Source: Erysipelotrichaceae bacterium (lineage in GTDB: Bacteria > Bacillota_I > Bacilli_A > RFN20 > CAG-826). From it: a stretch of 64,000 bases of DNA. Location of the stretch: positions 133,905 through 197,904 of the forward strand of contig SVBE01000001.1 of assembly GCA_015059065.1 (NCBI GenBank). Direction: 5' to 3'. The first letter of the stretch is position 1, and every line of letters begins with the position of its first letter. The notes beneath the pieces were generated by a model. That model ran no database searches, had not been told where the DNA came from, and was given only the letters and a program-made list of their open reading frames with translations. A program made the translations under genes and the position numbers. Of the stretch, positions 19,453-30,854 are shown one piece after another.

Positions 19453-20294
19453 AGAAAATATTCGGCCAAACTTACATCTGGCTCATCTTAATCTTGATGT
19501 ATTTACCAGTCTTAGTGCTCATCGTCTTCTCCTTTACAGAAGCGACTAACGTTGGTACTTGGACCGGATTCTCCTGGAACTTATATCCACGTTTATTCCA
19601 AGACGCGCAGATTATGACTGCCTTAGGCAATACATTGATTCTCGCTGTCGTCTCCGCCCTTGTTTCTACTGTTTTAGGTACATTAGGGGCAATCGGTGCT
19701 TTTTATAGCAAAAGAAGAACGAGAAAAGTTGTCGATATGGTCACCCAAATCCCAATCGTCAATGCGGAAATCGTCATGGCCTTATCTTTAACTGTCATGT
19801 TCGTCTTCCTTTCCACTTATGTTTTTAAAGCACAACTCATGTCTTTCTGGACATTATTAATCGGTCACGTCGTCTTATCCTTACCATTTGTTTATATCTC
19901 TGTGAAACCAAAATTAGAGCAGATGGATCCTTCTTTATATGAAGCGGCAATCGATTTAGGTGCAACTCCACGTCAAGCTCTTAGCAAAGTTATATTCCCT
20001 GAGGTTTTGCCTGGCGTTTTAAGCGGATTCTTATTATCAATTACTCTCTCTTTAGATGATTTTATCGTCACTAGATTCACACGTGGTGCGGGTTTATTAA
20101 GTGGAGATAGTCAAATTGAAACTTTATCCACTTTAGTGCAAGCCAAGATTAAAAAAGGCCCAATCCCTGTGGAGATGAGAGCATTAACAACCATCATCTT
20201 CTTAGTGGTGATTCTCGTCGTTATTTTAATCTCTGTAAGAAGATATTATGTGAGCAAAAAACGACCACATGGTAGAAGGAGGTATATGCGATGA
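19446..20294 (+). CDS. potC: Spermidine/putrescine ABC transporter permease
   Basis: A multi-TM permease with an EAAIDLGATP loop. It overlaps both potB and potD. Confidence 0.85.
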   Translation: MVKKIFGQTYIWLILILMYLPVLVLIVFSFTEATNVGTWTGFSWNLYPRLFQDAQIMTALGNTLILAVVSALVSTVLGTLGAIGAFYSKRRTRKVVDMVTQIPIVNAEIVMALSLTVMFVFLSTYVFKAQLMSFWTLLIGHVVLSLPFVYISVKPKLEQMDPSLYEAAIDLGATPRQALSKVIFPEVLPGVLSGFLLSITLSLDDFIVTRFTRGAGLLSGDSQIETLSTLVQAKIKKGPIPVEMRALTTIIFLVVILVVILISVRRYYVSKKRPHGRRRYMR

Positions 20295-22153
20295 AAAAGA
20301 ATTTATTATTAGCCTCTTTATTCATCTTCGCTACTGGCTTAACTTCCTGTGGAAGTTCATCAAATAATAATGGCTCTTTAACAATCCGTATTTTAAACCT
20401 TGAAGATTATATCTATCTCAATGATCCTGATAGTGGTTACACCGAAGATGATATGACTGTGCAATTTGAGAATTATTATAAAGAAACATACGGCAAAGAT
20501 ATTCAAGTCATCTATGAAACCAGTGATACTAACGAATCCATTTATAACGACTTATTAACTGGTCGTACTAAATACGATTTAGTCTGTACTTCTGACTACA
20601 TGCTTCAAAAATTTGTGAGAGAAGGATTAATCACTAAACTTCACAAAGCAGAAAATGAAGAAGATGACTGGTTAACTAATTATCACACTTATGCTTCTCC
20701 AACTATCAAAGCGAGATTAGATGAAATCGATGTTGCGATGAAAGATGGCAGCACCGAATATCTTGAAGATTATTGTGTAGGTTATATGTGGGGTACATTA
20801 GGCATCCTCTTTAACCCAAAATATGAAGGCTTTAGCAAAGATGCAAATCCTCTTGAAGATATGGCATACTGGAACGCTTTCTGGGATAAGAATTATAACA
20901 ATACTATCTCTATTAAAGATTCAATGCGTGATACATATGCGGCAGCCTTAATGCACGTCTATGATGATGAACTCGCTGAATTAAAAGAATCTTATAACAT
21001 TAGGCTTAACCGTATTAAAACCCAATATGAAGAAGGAGAGATGAGCGAAGAAGAATATAAAGAGCTCATCGCGACTACTGATAGCGATTATAACTCAAAG
21101 GTTTCCGAAATCTTTAACCGTACAGATAATGATACCTTAAAATTAGTGGCTTCTTCTTTAGAAGAACTCAAAGGTAACATCTTCGGTATGGAAGTCGACT
21201 CCGGCAAACAAGATATCGTCACTGGTAAAATCGGTGTTAACTTAGCCTATTCTGGTGATGCGGTCTATTCCATGGATTTAGCCGATGAAGAACTTAAGGA
21301 TAGTGAACTTTATTATTCCGTTCCTACTAATGGCTCTAACATCTGGTTTGATGGATGGTGCATTCCAAAAGATGATTCACGTAGTGAAGAACAGTTCAAA
21401 GCCGCTCATTTATTCCTCGATTTCATCTCTGATCCAGAATATGCAGCAAAGAACATGGATTACACTGGTTACACCCCATATATCGGTGGTGATATCATTT
21501 TAGACCAAGTCCGCGACTGGTATGATGCACGTACTGACCTCATCTATTTCTACGATGAAGAAGGGGAGTATGAGAATGATGATGATCGTTATTTGTCTCT
21601 CTTCTACACTGATCCAGAAACCGATGAAGAAGTGGAAGTCTGGTATGAAGATTGCCATTTCGAAGCCGATGCTGATGAAGCATATGATGGAGTGGCCTTA
21701 TATTATTATCCAAAGAATAATTTTGAAGGCGAACCATTAGATTTCAAGATTGATAATAAACAAGTTTATTATAATGAAAGACTTGTCATCGATCCAGAAT
21801 GGCAAGAAGTCGATCTCTCCTATTTCTTCAATGATACTCTTGAAGAATATGAAGAAGCGACATTCTATGTCGACTATTACTGCGAAGATAATGGAGCGGT
21901 TGGTAGACAGTTCTTCGTCCAATACCCATCAGAAGAAGTAATCACAAGATGTGCGGTTATGGATGATTATGGCGATCAACAAAACATCAAAGTCCTTAAG
22001 ATGTGGGAATCCTTTAAATCAAACGCTCTTCCTGTCTGGGCAGTAGTGATTCTTATTGTTACTCTCTCGCTGATGGCGATTGGATTAACTTATTATCTAT
22101 TATCTAAACATCTTAAAAAGAAACTTCGCATCAAGAGACAAAACGCAAAATAA
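20291..22153 (+). CDS. potD: Polyamine-binding lipoprotein, extended form with a C-terminal TM helix
   Basis: Lipobox LTSCGS, a PotD-like YDLVCTSDYM core, an acidic insert, and a terminal helix VWAVVILIVTLSLMAIGLTYYLL. Confidence 0.8.
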   Translation: MKKNLLLASLFIFATGLTSCGSSSNNNGSLTIRILNLEDYIYLNDPDSGYTEDDMTVQFENYYKETYGKDIQVIYETSDTNESIYNDLLTGRTKYDLVCTSDYMLQKFVREGLITKLHKAENEEDDWLTNYHTYASPTIKARLDEIDVAMKDGSTEYLEDYCVGYMWGTLGILFNPKYEGFSKDANPLEDMAYWNAFWDKNYNNTISIKDSMRDTYAAALMHVYDDELAELKESYNIRLNRIKTQYEEGEMSEEEYKELIATTDSDYNSKVSEIFNRTDNDTLKLVASSLEELKGNIFGMEVDSGKQDIVTGKIGVNLAYSGDAVYSMDLADEELKDSELYYSVPTNGSNIWFDGWCIPKDDSRSEEQFKAAHLFLDFISDPEYAAKNMDYTGYTPYIGGDIILDQVRDWYDARTDLIYFYDEEGEYENDDDRYLSLFYTDPETDEEVEVWYEDCHFEADADEAYDGVALYYYPKNNFEGEPLDFKIDNKQVYYNERLVIDPEWQEVDLSYFFNDTLEEYEEATFYVDYYCEDNGAVGRQFFVQYPSEEVITRCAVMDDYGDQQNIKVLKMWESFKSNALPVWAVVILIVTLSLMAIGLTYYLLSKHLKKKLRIKRQNAK

Positions 22154-22160
22154 AGTAAGA

Positions 22161-22183
22161 CCTAGCTTGTAGCTAGGTTTTTT
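22161..22183 (+). terminator. Rho-independent terminator of the pot operon
   Basis: CCTAGCT-TGT-AGCTAGG followed by TTTTTT. It abuts the stop of the convergent LysR gene. Confidence 0.7.
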
Positions 22184-23060
22184 ATAGATAAAGAGATTTT
22201 ATGTAGTCGATGAAGTTTTCTTCAATGACGGATAAACGATGACCTTTCCTCCAAACGAATTGATATTCGATAGAGGCATTAACACCCTTTATATATTTGC
22301 TACTTATCGAATTATTTAAGATATATCCGGTTTTTGGGAAGATACTGACTCCAACACCTCTTCCTGCTAATGCGGCTGCGTCGAGATAATTATCCATTTC
22401 ACAGACGATATTTGGTTCTATATTAATATTCTTGAACCATTTTCTAATCGTATCGACATGAGCTTTACGACTTGGAACAATTAAGGGTTCGTCTTTTAGC
22501 ATATTTAGCTCTATATAATCATCTTTAATAGAAGATAAATAGTGGTCTTTATTAAAGAAAACTGACATTTGCTCTTCACCGACTTTAATCTTGTTAAGCA
22601 GCACTTCATCAATTGGAGAAGTGATAACAGCGAGTGAAATGAGGCCACTTCGCATCTTTTCCACAAGATCATCGCTGTTGCCATCCACGACATGGAAATG
22701 GATATTTGGATAAGTTTTGACGAATTCACTGATCCATTTTGCAGCGATATCTGGTGCGGTACCTTCGACTAATCCAATGGATATCGTTCCTTTTAAGCCG
22801 AGATTCATATTATGAATTTCGCTGACTGTTTTATCGGAAAGAGAGAGGATGTCTTTGGCTTTTAAATATAAATATTTACCTTCTTCGGTTAATGAGAGTT
22901 TTCTTTTACCTCTGATGAATAATGTTGCGCCTAATTCCTCTTCTAATGCTTTAATTTGATTTGATAATGGTGGTTGAGACATATTTAAAATTTTACTCGC
23001 GTGAGTGATGTTTAATTCTTCTGCTACAACTACAAAGTATTTTAATGTCTTGAGGTCCAT
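22182..23060 (-). CDS. LysR-family transcriptional regulator
   Basis: N-terminal wHTH (LKYFVVVAEELNITHASKILNMSQPPLSNQIKALEEELG) plus a substrate-binding domain. Confidence 0.9.
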   Translation of the reverse strand: MDLKTLKYFVVVAEELNITHASKILNMSQPPLSNQIKALEEELGATLFIRGKRKLSLTEEGKYLYLKAKDILSLSDKTVSEIHNMNLGLKGTISIGLVEGTAPDIAAKWISEFVKTYPNIHFHVVDGNSDDLVEKMRSGLISLAVITSPIDEVLLNKIKVGEEQMSVFFNKDHYLSSIKDDYIELNMLKDEPLIVPSRKAHVDTIRKWFKNINIEPNIVCEMDNYLDAAALAGRGVGVSIFPKTGYILNNSISSKYIKGVNASIEYQFVWRKGHRLSVIEENFIDYIKSLYL

Positions 23061-23146
23061 ATTAATCTACCATACGAAAAAGATATGATAACTATAATAT
23101 TATATGTATTTTTAATTGAAATACCAAATAATTAAGATTATTTATT

Positions 23147-24763
23147 ATGAAGTACATTTTTGTAACAGGTGGAGTTGTATCTGGATTAGGCAAAGGGATA
23201 TGTGCCGCTTCTTTAGCTAGACTATTAAAGCAAAGAGGCTATAAAGTGCAGAATCAGAAATTTGATCCATATATCAACGTCGACCCCGGGACGATGTCTC
23301 CTTTTCAGCACGGAGAAGTATTCGTCACTGATGATGGGGCAGAGACAGATTTAGACCTCGGCCATTATGAAAGATTTACGAATGTCAGCTTAGATGCTTC
23401 TAACTCGGTTAGCAGTGGCAAGATCTATTGGAATGTCATCACTAGAGAAAGAGAAGGTGGATATCTTGGACATACTGTCCAAATCGTTCCCCATGTCATC
23501 GATGAAATCAAAAGATGGATCTATACTGCTGAAGATAAAGATTTAGATATCTCGATCGTGGAAATCGGTGGAACAGTGGGCGATATTGAAAGTCAACCAT
23601 TCTTAGAAGCGATTAGACAAGTGGGTAGAGAAAAAGGAAAAGATAATGTTATTTATATCCATGTTCCTCTAGTAGTGGAAATTCCTGGAAGTGGCGAAAT
23701 CAAGACCAAACCTGTTCAACATTCTGTTAGAGAACTCCAGTCTATTGGTATTCAACCCGATATTCTCGTCTGTCGTTCAAGCCAACCATTAAACGATCAT
23801 TTAAAAGAGAAAATATCTTTATTTACTAATGTGGAAAATAGTTGTGTCATTGAGAATTTAACGGCTTCCAGCATTTATGAAGTCCCTTTATTACTTGAAA
23901 AAGAAGGACTCACAAAAGAAGTGATTAAGAAATTAAAACTTGAAGACCGCGAACCAAATCTCCAGTTCTGGGTTGATATGGTGGAAAGAATTAAAAACGT
24001 ACATAAAAAAGTGACGATTGCTTTAGTCGGAAAATATGTCGCCTTACACGATGCCTATCTCTCTGTTGAAGAAGCTCTTTATCACGCTGCTAATAATTTA
24101 GACGCCGCATTAACGATTAAATGGGTTGATTCAGAGAAGGTTACTAAGGATAATGCTTCGACGATATTTAAAGACATCGATGGGATGATTGTCCCAGGTG
24201 GTTTTGGAGTAAGAGGGATTGAAGGAATGATTGAAAGCGCGCATTATGCCCGCACAAACAATATTCCTTATCTAGGAATATGTTTAGGAATGCAAATCAG
24301 CGTCATCGAATTTGCAAGAGATGTTTTAGGCTATCACGATGCGAATTCCTCTGAGTTTGATGAGTTCACCCTTCATCCGGTTATCGATTTATCGAGTGAA
24401 CAAGTGGGAATTAGCAAAAAAGGTGGAACGATGCGTTTAGGTTCTTATCCTTGTAAATTAAAAGAGAATTCTTTAGCTATTTCCCTCTATCAAAAAGAGA
24501 TAATCGATGAAAGACATCGTCATCGTTATGAATTCAATAATAAATATATTGATGAGTATTTGGAAAACGGTATGGATATCAGCGGTTTATACACGAATAA
24601 AAAGCTCGTGGAAATAGTGGAGATTCCAAGCCATAAATATTTCATTGCCTGTCAGTTCCATCCCGAATTCAAATCTAGACCAAATAGACCTCATCCATTA
24701 TTTACTGGGTTAATAAAAGCCTCGCTTAAGGAGAGTAATAGTTATGAAAAAAGAAGAGATTAA
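23147..24763 (+). CDS. pyrG: CTP synthase
   Basis: [18 protein letters not shown]-terminus and a GICLGMQ glutaminase nucleophile. Confidence 0.97.
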   Translation: MKYIFVTGGVVSGLGKGICAASLARLLKQRGYKVQNQKFDPYINVDPGTMSPFQHGEVFVTDDGAETDLDLGHYERFTNVSLDASNSVSSGKIYWNVITREREGGYLGHTVQIVPHVIDEIKRWIYTAEDKDLDISIVEIGGTVGDIESQPFLEAIRQVGREKGKDNVIYIHVPLVVEIPGSGEIKTKPVQHSVRELQSIGIQPDILVCRSSQPLNDHLKEKISLFTNVENSCVIENLTASSIYEVPLLLEKEGLTKEVIKKLKLEDREPNLQFWVDMVERIKNVHKKVTIALVGKYVALHDAYLSVEEALYHAANNLDAALTIKWVDSEKVTKDNASTIFKDIDGMIVPGGFGVRGIEGMIESAHYARTNNIPYLGICLGMQISVIEFARDVLGYHDANSSEFDEFTLHPVIDLSSEQVGISKKGGTMRLGSYPCKLKENSLAISLYQKEIIDERHRHRYEFNNKYIDEYLENGMDISGLYTNKKLVEIVEIPSHKYFIACQFHPEFKSRPNRPHPLFTGLIKASLKESNSYEKRRD

Positions 24764-26078
24764 AAGAATTATTAAAGAAAACAACATTTCCTATTTGAGA
24801 TTGCAGTTTACCGATATGTTAGGAGCCACTAAAGCGGTGGAAATACCTTCTAACCGCATTGATGACGCACTTAATAACAAGGTGATGTTTGACGGTTCTT
24901 CTATAGAAGGATTTGTGAGAATTAAAGAAGCAGATATGTATCTATATCCCGATTTAGATACTTTTTTAATTCTTCCATTTGAAAATGATCAATATGGTGG
25001 AGTCGCTAGATTCATCTGTGATGTCTATAAACCAGATGGCACACCTTTTGAAGGTGATCCTCGTTACATCTTAAAAAGACAGATTAAAAAGATGAACGAT
25101 ATGGGAATAGAAAAGATGTATGTCGGCTTTGAACCAGAATTCTATCTCTTTAAGAAAAATGAAGATCATTCCTTCTCCACTCGTCCTGTTGATAAAGCGA
25201 GCTATTTCGATCTCAACCCCTTTGATGATGGGGAAGATGTACGAAGAGAGATTGCTTTGACTTTAGAAGAGATGGGTTTTGAAGTGCAAGCTTCTCATCA
25301 CGAAGTCGGCCCGGGACAAAATGAAATCACATTCAAATATAGCGATGTTCTTAATGCTTGTGACAAAGTTCAAACCTTTAAACAAATCGTCAAAGTGATC
25401 GCCAGAAAACACGGTTATCTCGCTTCCTTTATGCCGAAACCTCTTAACAAGAGACCAGGTAGTGGAATGCATACGAATTGTTCTTTGTTCGATGATGAAA
25501 AAGGCGATTTGTTCTATGATCCAAATGCAGATATGGAATTATCCTTACTATGTAAGAAATGGATTACTGGTATCATTAGACACACAAGAGAACTCGCTTT
25601 ATTAACTAATCCAGTAGTTAATTCCTATAAGCGTTTAGTAAGTGGATATGAAGCTCCAATATATGCTTGTTGGAGCGATGCGAATCGTTCTTCTTTGATT
25701 AGAATCCCAGCGATTAGAGGAAATGCGACAAGAACAGAACTAAGAAATGTGGATGCGACAGCTAATCCTTATCTCGCTTTAGCGGGTATCCTAGCTTCTG
25801 GTCTAGAAGGAATTAATTTATTAAAAGATGACGAAATTATTCCGCCAATCAACGATAATTTATTTGAGTTAGATAATGAAGAGATTCTCTCTCGTGGTAT
25901 TAACCGTCTTCCTGAAACCCTTCATTCGGCAGTCAAAGAATTCCGTAAAAGCTCTTTATTAAAAGATGTTTTAGGAGACCATTTATTCTATAAATACATC
26001 GATGCGAAAGAGAAGGAATGGATTGAATATCATACGACCGTCAGCGAATATGAATTAGAGAAATATTTAGGTAAATAA
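24744..26078 (+). CDS. glnA: Glutamine synthetase, type I
   Basis: FDGSSIEGF, the PKPL..PGSGMH region and NRS..IRIP are present. GGAGAG lies 8 nt upstream. It overlaps pyrG by 20 nt. Confidence 0.95.
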   Translation: MKKEEIKRIIKENNISYLRLQFTDMLGATKAVEIPSNRIDDALNNKVMFDGSSIEGFVRIKEADMYLYPDLDTFLILPFENDQYGGVARFICDVYKPDGTPFEGDPRYILKRQIKKMNDMGIEKMYVGFEPEFYLFKKNEDHSFSTRPVDKASYFDLNPFDDGEDVRREIALTLEEMGFEVQASHHEVGPGQNEITFKYSDVLNACDKVQTFKQIVKVIARKHGYLASFMPKPLNKRPGSGMHTNCSLFDDEKGDLFYDPNADMELSLLCKKWITGIIRHTRELALLTNPVVNSYKRLVSGYEAPIYACWSDANRSSLIRIPAIRGNATRTELRNVDATANPYLALAGILASGLEGINLLKDDEIIPPINDNLFELDNEEILSRGINRLPETLHSAVKEFRKSSLLKDVLGDHLFYKYIDAKEKEWIEYHTTVSEYELEKYLGK

Positions 26079-26079
26079 G

Positions 26080-27858
26080 ATGTGTGGAATAGTTGGTTCA
26101 GTGGGATTACATAATCCTCATGATTACATCCTAGATGGATTAAAACTTCTCAATTACCGCGGATATGATTCCGCGGGTTTAGCCTATTTTGAACATGGCA
26201 TTAAAATCTATAAAGACAAGGGTAGTGTAGAACATCTAGAAACGCTTGTTCCTCATAATTTTTCATCTTTAGTGGCGATTGGTCATACGAGATGGGCAAC
26301 CCATGGAGTAGCGAATAAAACCAATTCACACCCCCATCTTTCCTATCATCAAAAGATTACAATTGTCCATAATGGGGTGATTGAAAATTATCAGGAAATA
26401 AAAAACTTCCTTTTAAAGGAAAAGTATGATTTTTACAGTGAGACAGATACGGAAGTCATCGCGAATTTACTCGATTATTTTTATACGAAAAATAACGATA
26501 TGCTGATGTCGATAAAAGAAAGCATCAGTTTAATCAATGGGAGTTATGCAATCTGTTTATTTAACGATGATCATCCCGATGTTTTATATGTAATGAAACG
26601 TTCATCTCCGCTTTTAATTGGACATGGAGATGGTTTTAATCTTGTCAGTTCTGATGCTTCAGCGATGATTAAATACACGAACAAATTTATCGACTTAAAT
26701 GACAAGGAATACGGTATTGTCACAAAAGACAATATTCAAATATTTAACGAAAAAGGTGAAGCGGTTAATAAGGAATATATCTCTAGAGATATCGCCGATA
26801 TTGCAATCGATTTAAAAGGATATCCGCATTATATGGTCAAAGAGATTGAAGAGATTCCTGATGTCTGTGCAAAATTATTAAGCACATATTATAAAGATGG
26901 AGATTATCATTTTGATAAAGAATTAATCGATGCTCTATCTAAAGCAAACCACATCATTTTTATCGCTTGTGGGACTTCTTATCATGCTTCTTTAGTAGGG
27001 GGAAGATTGTTTGAAAGCTTCGCTAATATATCGACTAGCGAATATATCGCTTCGGAATGGGCAAATCATCCGCGCATCACTGGTGAATGGCCATTTGTCA
27101 TCATGCTTTCTCAATCTGGAGAAACAGCGGATTTGATCAGCTGTTTAAAAATCATCGAAGAGAAGAAAATCCCGTCTTTAGTTATAACTAATACGGAAGG
27201 AAGCACTCTTGATAGGAAATGCCAATATTCTCTTTTATTACACGCGGGAAAAGAGGTCTCAGTTGCTTCCACGAAAGCTTATGTTGCCCAAGTGAGTTTG
27301 CTCGCGCTTATCGTAGGAGCGGTCAGCAAACAAAAATATATCTATGAAGATTTATTAAAGGCGACATCTTATATCAACAATGTGCAAAACAATATTGAAA
27401 AGATTCGTAATATCGCTTCAAATATCAAAAAATCAGAAAGTCTATATTTCCTCGGTAGAGGATATGATTATCTGCTTTCTTTAGAAGCGTCTTTAAAACT
27501 CAAAGAAGTGAGCTATATTCATAGCGAAGCTTTCCCTGGGGGAGAGATTAAACATGGACCGATTGCCTTAATCGATAAGAACACTCCTGTCATTGTCTTT
27601 ATCACTGATGAAGAAAATGCGGTTCATATGCGTAACAATATTCAAGAAGTGGTGGCAAGAGGGGCAAAAGTATATGTCATATCCACGAAATCATTAGCAA
27701 AGAAGGATGATGATATCGTTTTAGATGATTTCCCTTATTATCTTACTAGTGTTGTTTCATCCACATTTGCCTTTTATCTCGCTTATTATACTTCTTTACT
27801 TAAAGGCTATAATGTTGATCGTCCAAGAAACCTCGCCAAAAGCGTGACGGTCGAATAG
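26080..27858 (+). CDS. glmS: Glutamine--fructose-6-phosphate aminotransferase
   Basis: MCGIVG N-terminal nucleophile, two SIS domains, and a C-terminal KSVTVE. It starts 1 nt after the glnA stop. Confidence 0.97.
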   Translation: MCGIVGSVGLHNPHDYILDGLKLLNYRGYDSAGLAYFEHGIKIYKDKGSVEHLETLVPHNFSSLVAIGHTRWATHGVANKTNSHPHLSYHQKITIVHNGVIENYQEIKNFLLKEKYDFYSETDTEVIANLLDYFYTKNNDMLMSIKESISLINGSYAICLFNDDHPDVLYVMKRSSPLLIGHGDGFNLVSSDASAMIKYTNKFIDLNDKEYGIVTKDNIQIFNEKGEAVNKEYISRDIADIAIDLKGYPHYMVKEIEEIPDVCAKLLSTYYKDGDYHFDKELIDALSKANHIIFIACGTSYHASLVGGRLFESFANISTSEYIASEWANHPRITGEWPFVIMLSQSGETADLISCLKIIEEKKIPSLVITNTEGSTLDRKCQYSLLLHAGKEVSVASTKAYVAQVSLLALIVGAVSKQKYIYEDLLKATSYINNVQNNIEKIRNIASNIKKSESLYFLGRGYDYLLSLEASLKLKEVSYIHSEAFPGGEIKHGPIALIDKNTPVIVFITDEENAVHMRNNIQEVVARGAKVYVISTKSLAKKDDDIVLDDFPYYLTSVVSSTFAFYLAYYTSLLKGYNVDRPRNLAKSVTVE

Positions 27859-27918
27859 AATTATCTTTTTTCAATAATTATTTACTTATAAATAAAATAC
27901 TCGTATAGTATTTAAGTT

Positions 27919-29745
27919 ATGAAAACTAGAAACATTGCAATTATTGCCCACGTCGATCATGGGAAAACCACATTATTAGACCAATTATTAAAAAGTTCTG
28001 GGGCTTTTAGAGAAAATGAAGAAGTCGCGAATCGAGTGATGGACTCTAACGATATCGAAAGAGAAAGAGGCATCACCATCTTAGCCAAGACTACTTCCAT
28101 CATCTATAAAGACACCAAGATTAATATTTTAGACACTCCTGGTCACGCCGATTTCGGTGGGGAAGTGGAAAGAATCATGAACATGGTGGATGGCTGCCTT
28201 CTTTTAGTCGATGCTTTTGAAGGAACGATGCCACAGACAAGATTCGTTCTTAAAAAAGCTTTGCAAGCACATGTTAAACCAATCGTTGTTATCAACAAAG
28301 TTGATAGAGCGAATATCAATATCAATCAAACATTAGATGAAGTCTTAGATTTATTCATTGAATTAGATGCTCCTGAAGAATATTTAGAATTCCCAGTCGT
28401 CTATACTTCCGCGTTAAAAGGAACTAGTTCTTTATCCCCAAATCCCGCGGATCAAAATCCGGGTATGGATGCGGTTTTAGATATGATTTTGGATAATATT
28501 CCCGAACCAAATGTTGATATCAATCAACCTTTACAACTTCAAATCGCCTTATTAGACTATAACGATTTCGTTGGTCGTATCGGTATTGGAACGATCAAAA
28601 AAGGGACGATTAATGTCGGTGATATGGTCACTGTCTCCCGTTTAGATGGTTCCACGAAGAATTTCAAAGTCTTAAAACTATTTGGATTCCAGGGCATTCA
28701 TCGACTAGAAATTGAATCAGCCTCTGCTGGTGATATGGTTGCGGTGGCAGGTCTTACCGATATTAACGTCGGTGAAACGATCAATTTACCAAACCATCTC
28801 GATCCATTACCTCTTATTCATCTTGATGAACCAACATTACAGATGACATTTGCTACTAACTCTTCTCCACTTTGTGGTAAAGACGGCAAATTCTTAACTG
28901 CCCGTAAGATTGAAGAGAGACTTTTTAGAGAAGTACAAAGAGATGTGGCTTTAAAAGTTGAAAGAGTAGTGAACACGGAATCTTGGATTGTTTCTGGTAG
29001 AGGCGAATTACATCTTTCTATCTTAATAGAAAATATGAGAAGAGAAGGCTTCGAACTCGAAGTTGGTAAACCACAAGTCATCATCAAAGAAATCGATGGA
29101 GTGAAATGTGAACCATACGAAGATGTGATCATCGATGTCCCTGATGAATATGTCGGCGATGTGATGGTGCAGATGGGTGATAGAGGCGCGGAACTCGTCC
29201 ATATGGATGTGAGAGAAACCGTCACTGTTCTCCGTTATGTCATCGCTTCTAGAGGTTTATTAGGATTTGTCGGTAATTTCTTAACATTGACTAAAGGTTT
29301 TGGCATTTTATCTCATACATATAAAGAATATCGTCCAGTTGTTTCTAACGATTTAGGCGAAAGACAAATCGGTGTATTAGTCGCGACTGAAGGTGGTCTT
29401 GCTACCCCATATGCGATTGAGCACGTCGAAGATCGAGGAACTTTATTCATCGCCCCTGGAACCGAGATCTATGAAGGAATGATAGTGGGTGAACATCGCT
29501 ACAACTTTGATTTAGCGGTCAACGTCGTGATGAAGAAAAATCTCACTAATGTGAGAAGTTCGACAAAAGATAATACAGTGGTGTTAAAATCCCCACGCAA
29601 GATGTCCTTAGAAGCTTGTTTTGATTACATCAATTCTGATGAACTCGTGGAGATTACTCCAACGACATTTAGAATGCGTAAAAAGATTTTAAACACTTCC
29701 GAAAGAAAGAAATATGATGCACACCATAAAAATGGGGAGCAATAA
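27919..29745 (+). CDS. typA: Translational GTPase TypA/BipA
   Basis: [25 protein letters not shown] and NKVD are present. The length is 608 aa. Confidence 0.95.
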   Translation: MKTRNIAIIAHVDHGKTTLLDQLLKSSGAFRENEEVANRVMDSNDIERERGITILAKTTSIIYKDTKINILDTPGHADFGGEVERIMNMVDGCLLLVDAFEGTMPQTRFVLKKALQAHVKPIVVINKVDRANININQTLDEVLDLFIELDAPEEYLEFPVVYTSALKGTSSLSPNPADQNPGMDAVLDMILDNIPEPNVDINQPLQLQIALLDYNDFVGRIGIGTIKKGTINVGDMVTVSRLDGSTKNFKVLKLFGFQGIHRLEIESASAGDMVAVAGLTDINVGETINLPNHLDPLPLIHLDEPTLQMTFATNSSPLCGKDGKFLTARKIEERLFREVQRDVALKVERVVNTESWIVSGRGELHLSILIENMRREGFELEVGKPQVIIKEIDGVKCEPYEDVIIDVPDEYVGDVMVQMGDRGAELVHMDVRETVTVLRYVIASRGLLGFVGNFLTLTKGFGILSHTYKEYRPVVSNDLGERQIGVLVATEGGLATPYAIEHVEDRGTLFIAPGTEIYEGMIVGEHRYNFDLAVNVVMKKNLTNVRSSTKDNTVVLKSPRKMSLEACFDYINSDELVEITPTTFRMRKKILNTSERKKYDAHHKNGEQ

Positions 29746-30156
29746 TTAATATTGCTGTAAATATTCTTCTGGAGTTAAGACTTTGTTATTTGCATTAATA
29801 AAGTCTTTTTTATTTCTTGTGAGAATAAAGTCGGTTTTAACACGTGACGCGACAGAGTCAATAATCGCATCTTCGAAGTCGTTAATGTTTGAGGATAGTG
29901 CTTCGATAATGTTATTTCGGTTAACTTCCTCTACTTTGGCAATTTCTAATAGTTTGAGAATTGCTTTAAGCGATGTCTGTCTGCTGTGTGTATATTTATT
30001 CACAAAGTAATACACATCTTTTATTGATGATGATGAAATATAGATAATATCACGTTTATGAATTGCTTTTTTAATAACGCTTAAAGATTCCTGATATAGT
30101 TTCTCTCTATATAAAAAGATATCGAGAAAAATGTTTGTATCAACCAAGATTTTCAT
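29746..30156 (-). CDS. PIN-domain ribonuclease toxin (VapC-like)
   Basis: MKILVDTNIFLD, FEDAI and LTRNKKDF carry the acidic residues. It overlaps the upstream antitoxin gene by 17 nt. Confidence 0.8.
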   Translation of the reverse strand: MKILVDTNIFLDIFLYREKLYQESLSVIKKAIHKRDIIYISSSSIKDVYYFVNKYTHSRQTSLKAILKLLEIAKVEEVNRNNIIEALSSNINDFEDAIIDSVASRVKTDFILTRNKKDFINANNKVLTPEEYLQQY

Positions 30157-30475
30157 ATTTTTCTAACACTGCATTGATACGCATTTCTTTTAATTCATCA
30201 TCCGAGATGTTAATAGGCTTACCGGTAGGATTTGCAATACCAATCATTTCATTTAAAGCAGCTAATTTAGTTTCTATATCATCTGGTTTTACTAATCGTG
30301 CGATTATCTTACCATTCTTGGTGATTAAAACATCTTCCGTTTCTGCTAGTTCAAGATACTTACCTAAATTCTTTTTGAGTTCTGTAGCTGTAATTTCCAT
30401 TGGTTTGCCCTCTATAGTCATTATAGGGCTAATCGTACGATTTTCAATTAAATCGTGCGAAACTATGTTTTCCAT
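30140..30475 (-). CDS. Phd/YefM-like antitoxin partnered with the PIN toxin
   Basis: ITATELKKNLGKYLELAETEDVLITKNGKIIARLV is Phd/YefM-like. AGGAGG lies 7 nt upstream of the ATG. Confidence 0.65.
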   Translation of the reverse strand: MENIVSHDLIENRTISPIMTIEGKPMEITATELKKNLGKYLELAETEDVLITKNGKIIARLVKPDDIETKLAALNEMIGIANPTGKPINISDDELKEMRINAVLEKYENLG

Positions 30476-30538
30476 AAAAATACCTCCTACTTATATATAC
30501 CGAAAAATGTCATTATTTCGACGCGGAAAATAAAAATT
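30476..30538 (-). repeat. Conserved intergenic element, type B, copy 1 (gene-sense: ..CGCGTCGAAATAATGAC..TATATATAAGTAGGAGGTA)
   Basis: It shares identical 17-nt and 19-nt blocks with the copy at 31174-31233. It is related to the type A copies at 36553 and 63237. Confidence 0.8.
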
Positions 30539-30539
30539 A

Positions 30540-30854
30540 TTAAAGAATTTGACTAATATCTCTTGGAGTATAGATGATTCTATGAATTTCCATGATTGGT
30601 TCGTTATCATCTTTGACAATATAAAAAATAGTGAAATGACCAACATATATTCGATAATATGTAAAGCTTCTTTTCTTTTTTGAAATATAGGGTTCAGATG
30701 ACTTTGGAAAATAAGAGCGATTTATAATAGCTGTCTCGACATTATCTATAAAATCTTTTGCGGCTTTTTCATTTTTTAAGGTATCAAAAAAGTAGGAATA
30801 GATATTTTTAGATCGTCTAAGAAAAGATTGAGATATTCGATTTTGACCATTCAA
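30540..30854 (-). CDS. RelE/ParE-family toxin
   Basis: It is small and basic, with a C-terminal YRIYVGHFTIFYIVKDDNEPIMEIHRIIY. The TTG start abuts the antitoxin stop. Confidence 0.7.
   Translation of the reverse strand: MNGQNRISQSFLRRSKNIYSYFFDTLKNEKAAKDFIDNVETAIINRSYFPKSSEPYISKKKRSFTYYRIYVGHFTIFYIVKDDNEPIMEIHRIIYTPRDISQIL

Noticed and set aside
26076-26082. I looked for a glmS ribozyme upstream of glmS.
   Set aside because: Only 1 nt separates glnA and glmS, so there is no space for the ~170-nt ribozyme.
28818-29225. A 135-aa minus-strand ORF inside typA. Similar long antisense ORFs occur inside fba (8835-9203), dnaK (60649-61215), nrdD, alaS and potA.
   Set aside because: They lie fully inside strongly supported genes on the opposite strand. 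They have low-complexity Ser/Leu/Thr-rich translations and no SD. They are shadow ORFs.
30135-30533. A 132-aa plus-strand ORF across the PIN/antitoxin junction, and a minus-strand ORF (31481-31726) across the T-box/alaS start.
   Set aside because: They are antisense to well-supported TA genes or overlap the T-box leader and the alaS N-terminus. They have no SD and hydrophobic low-complexity products.
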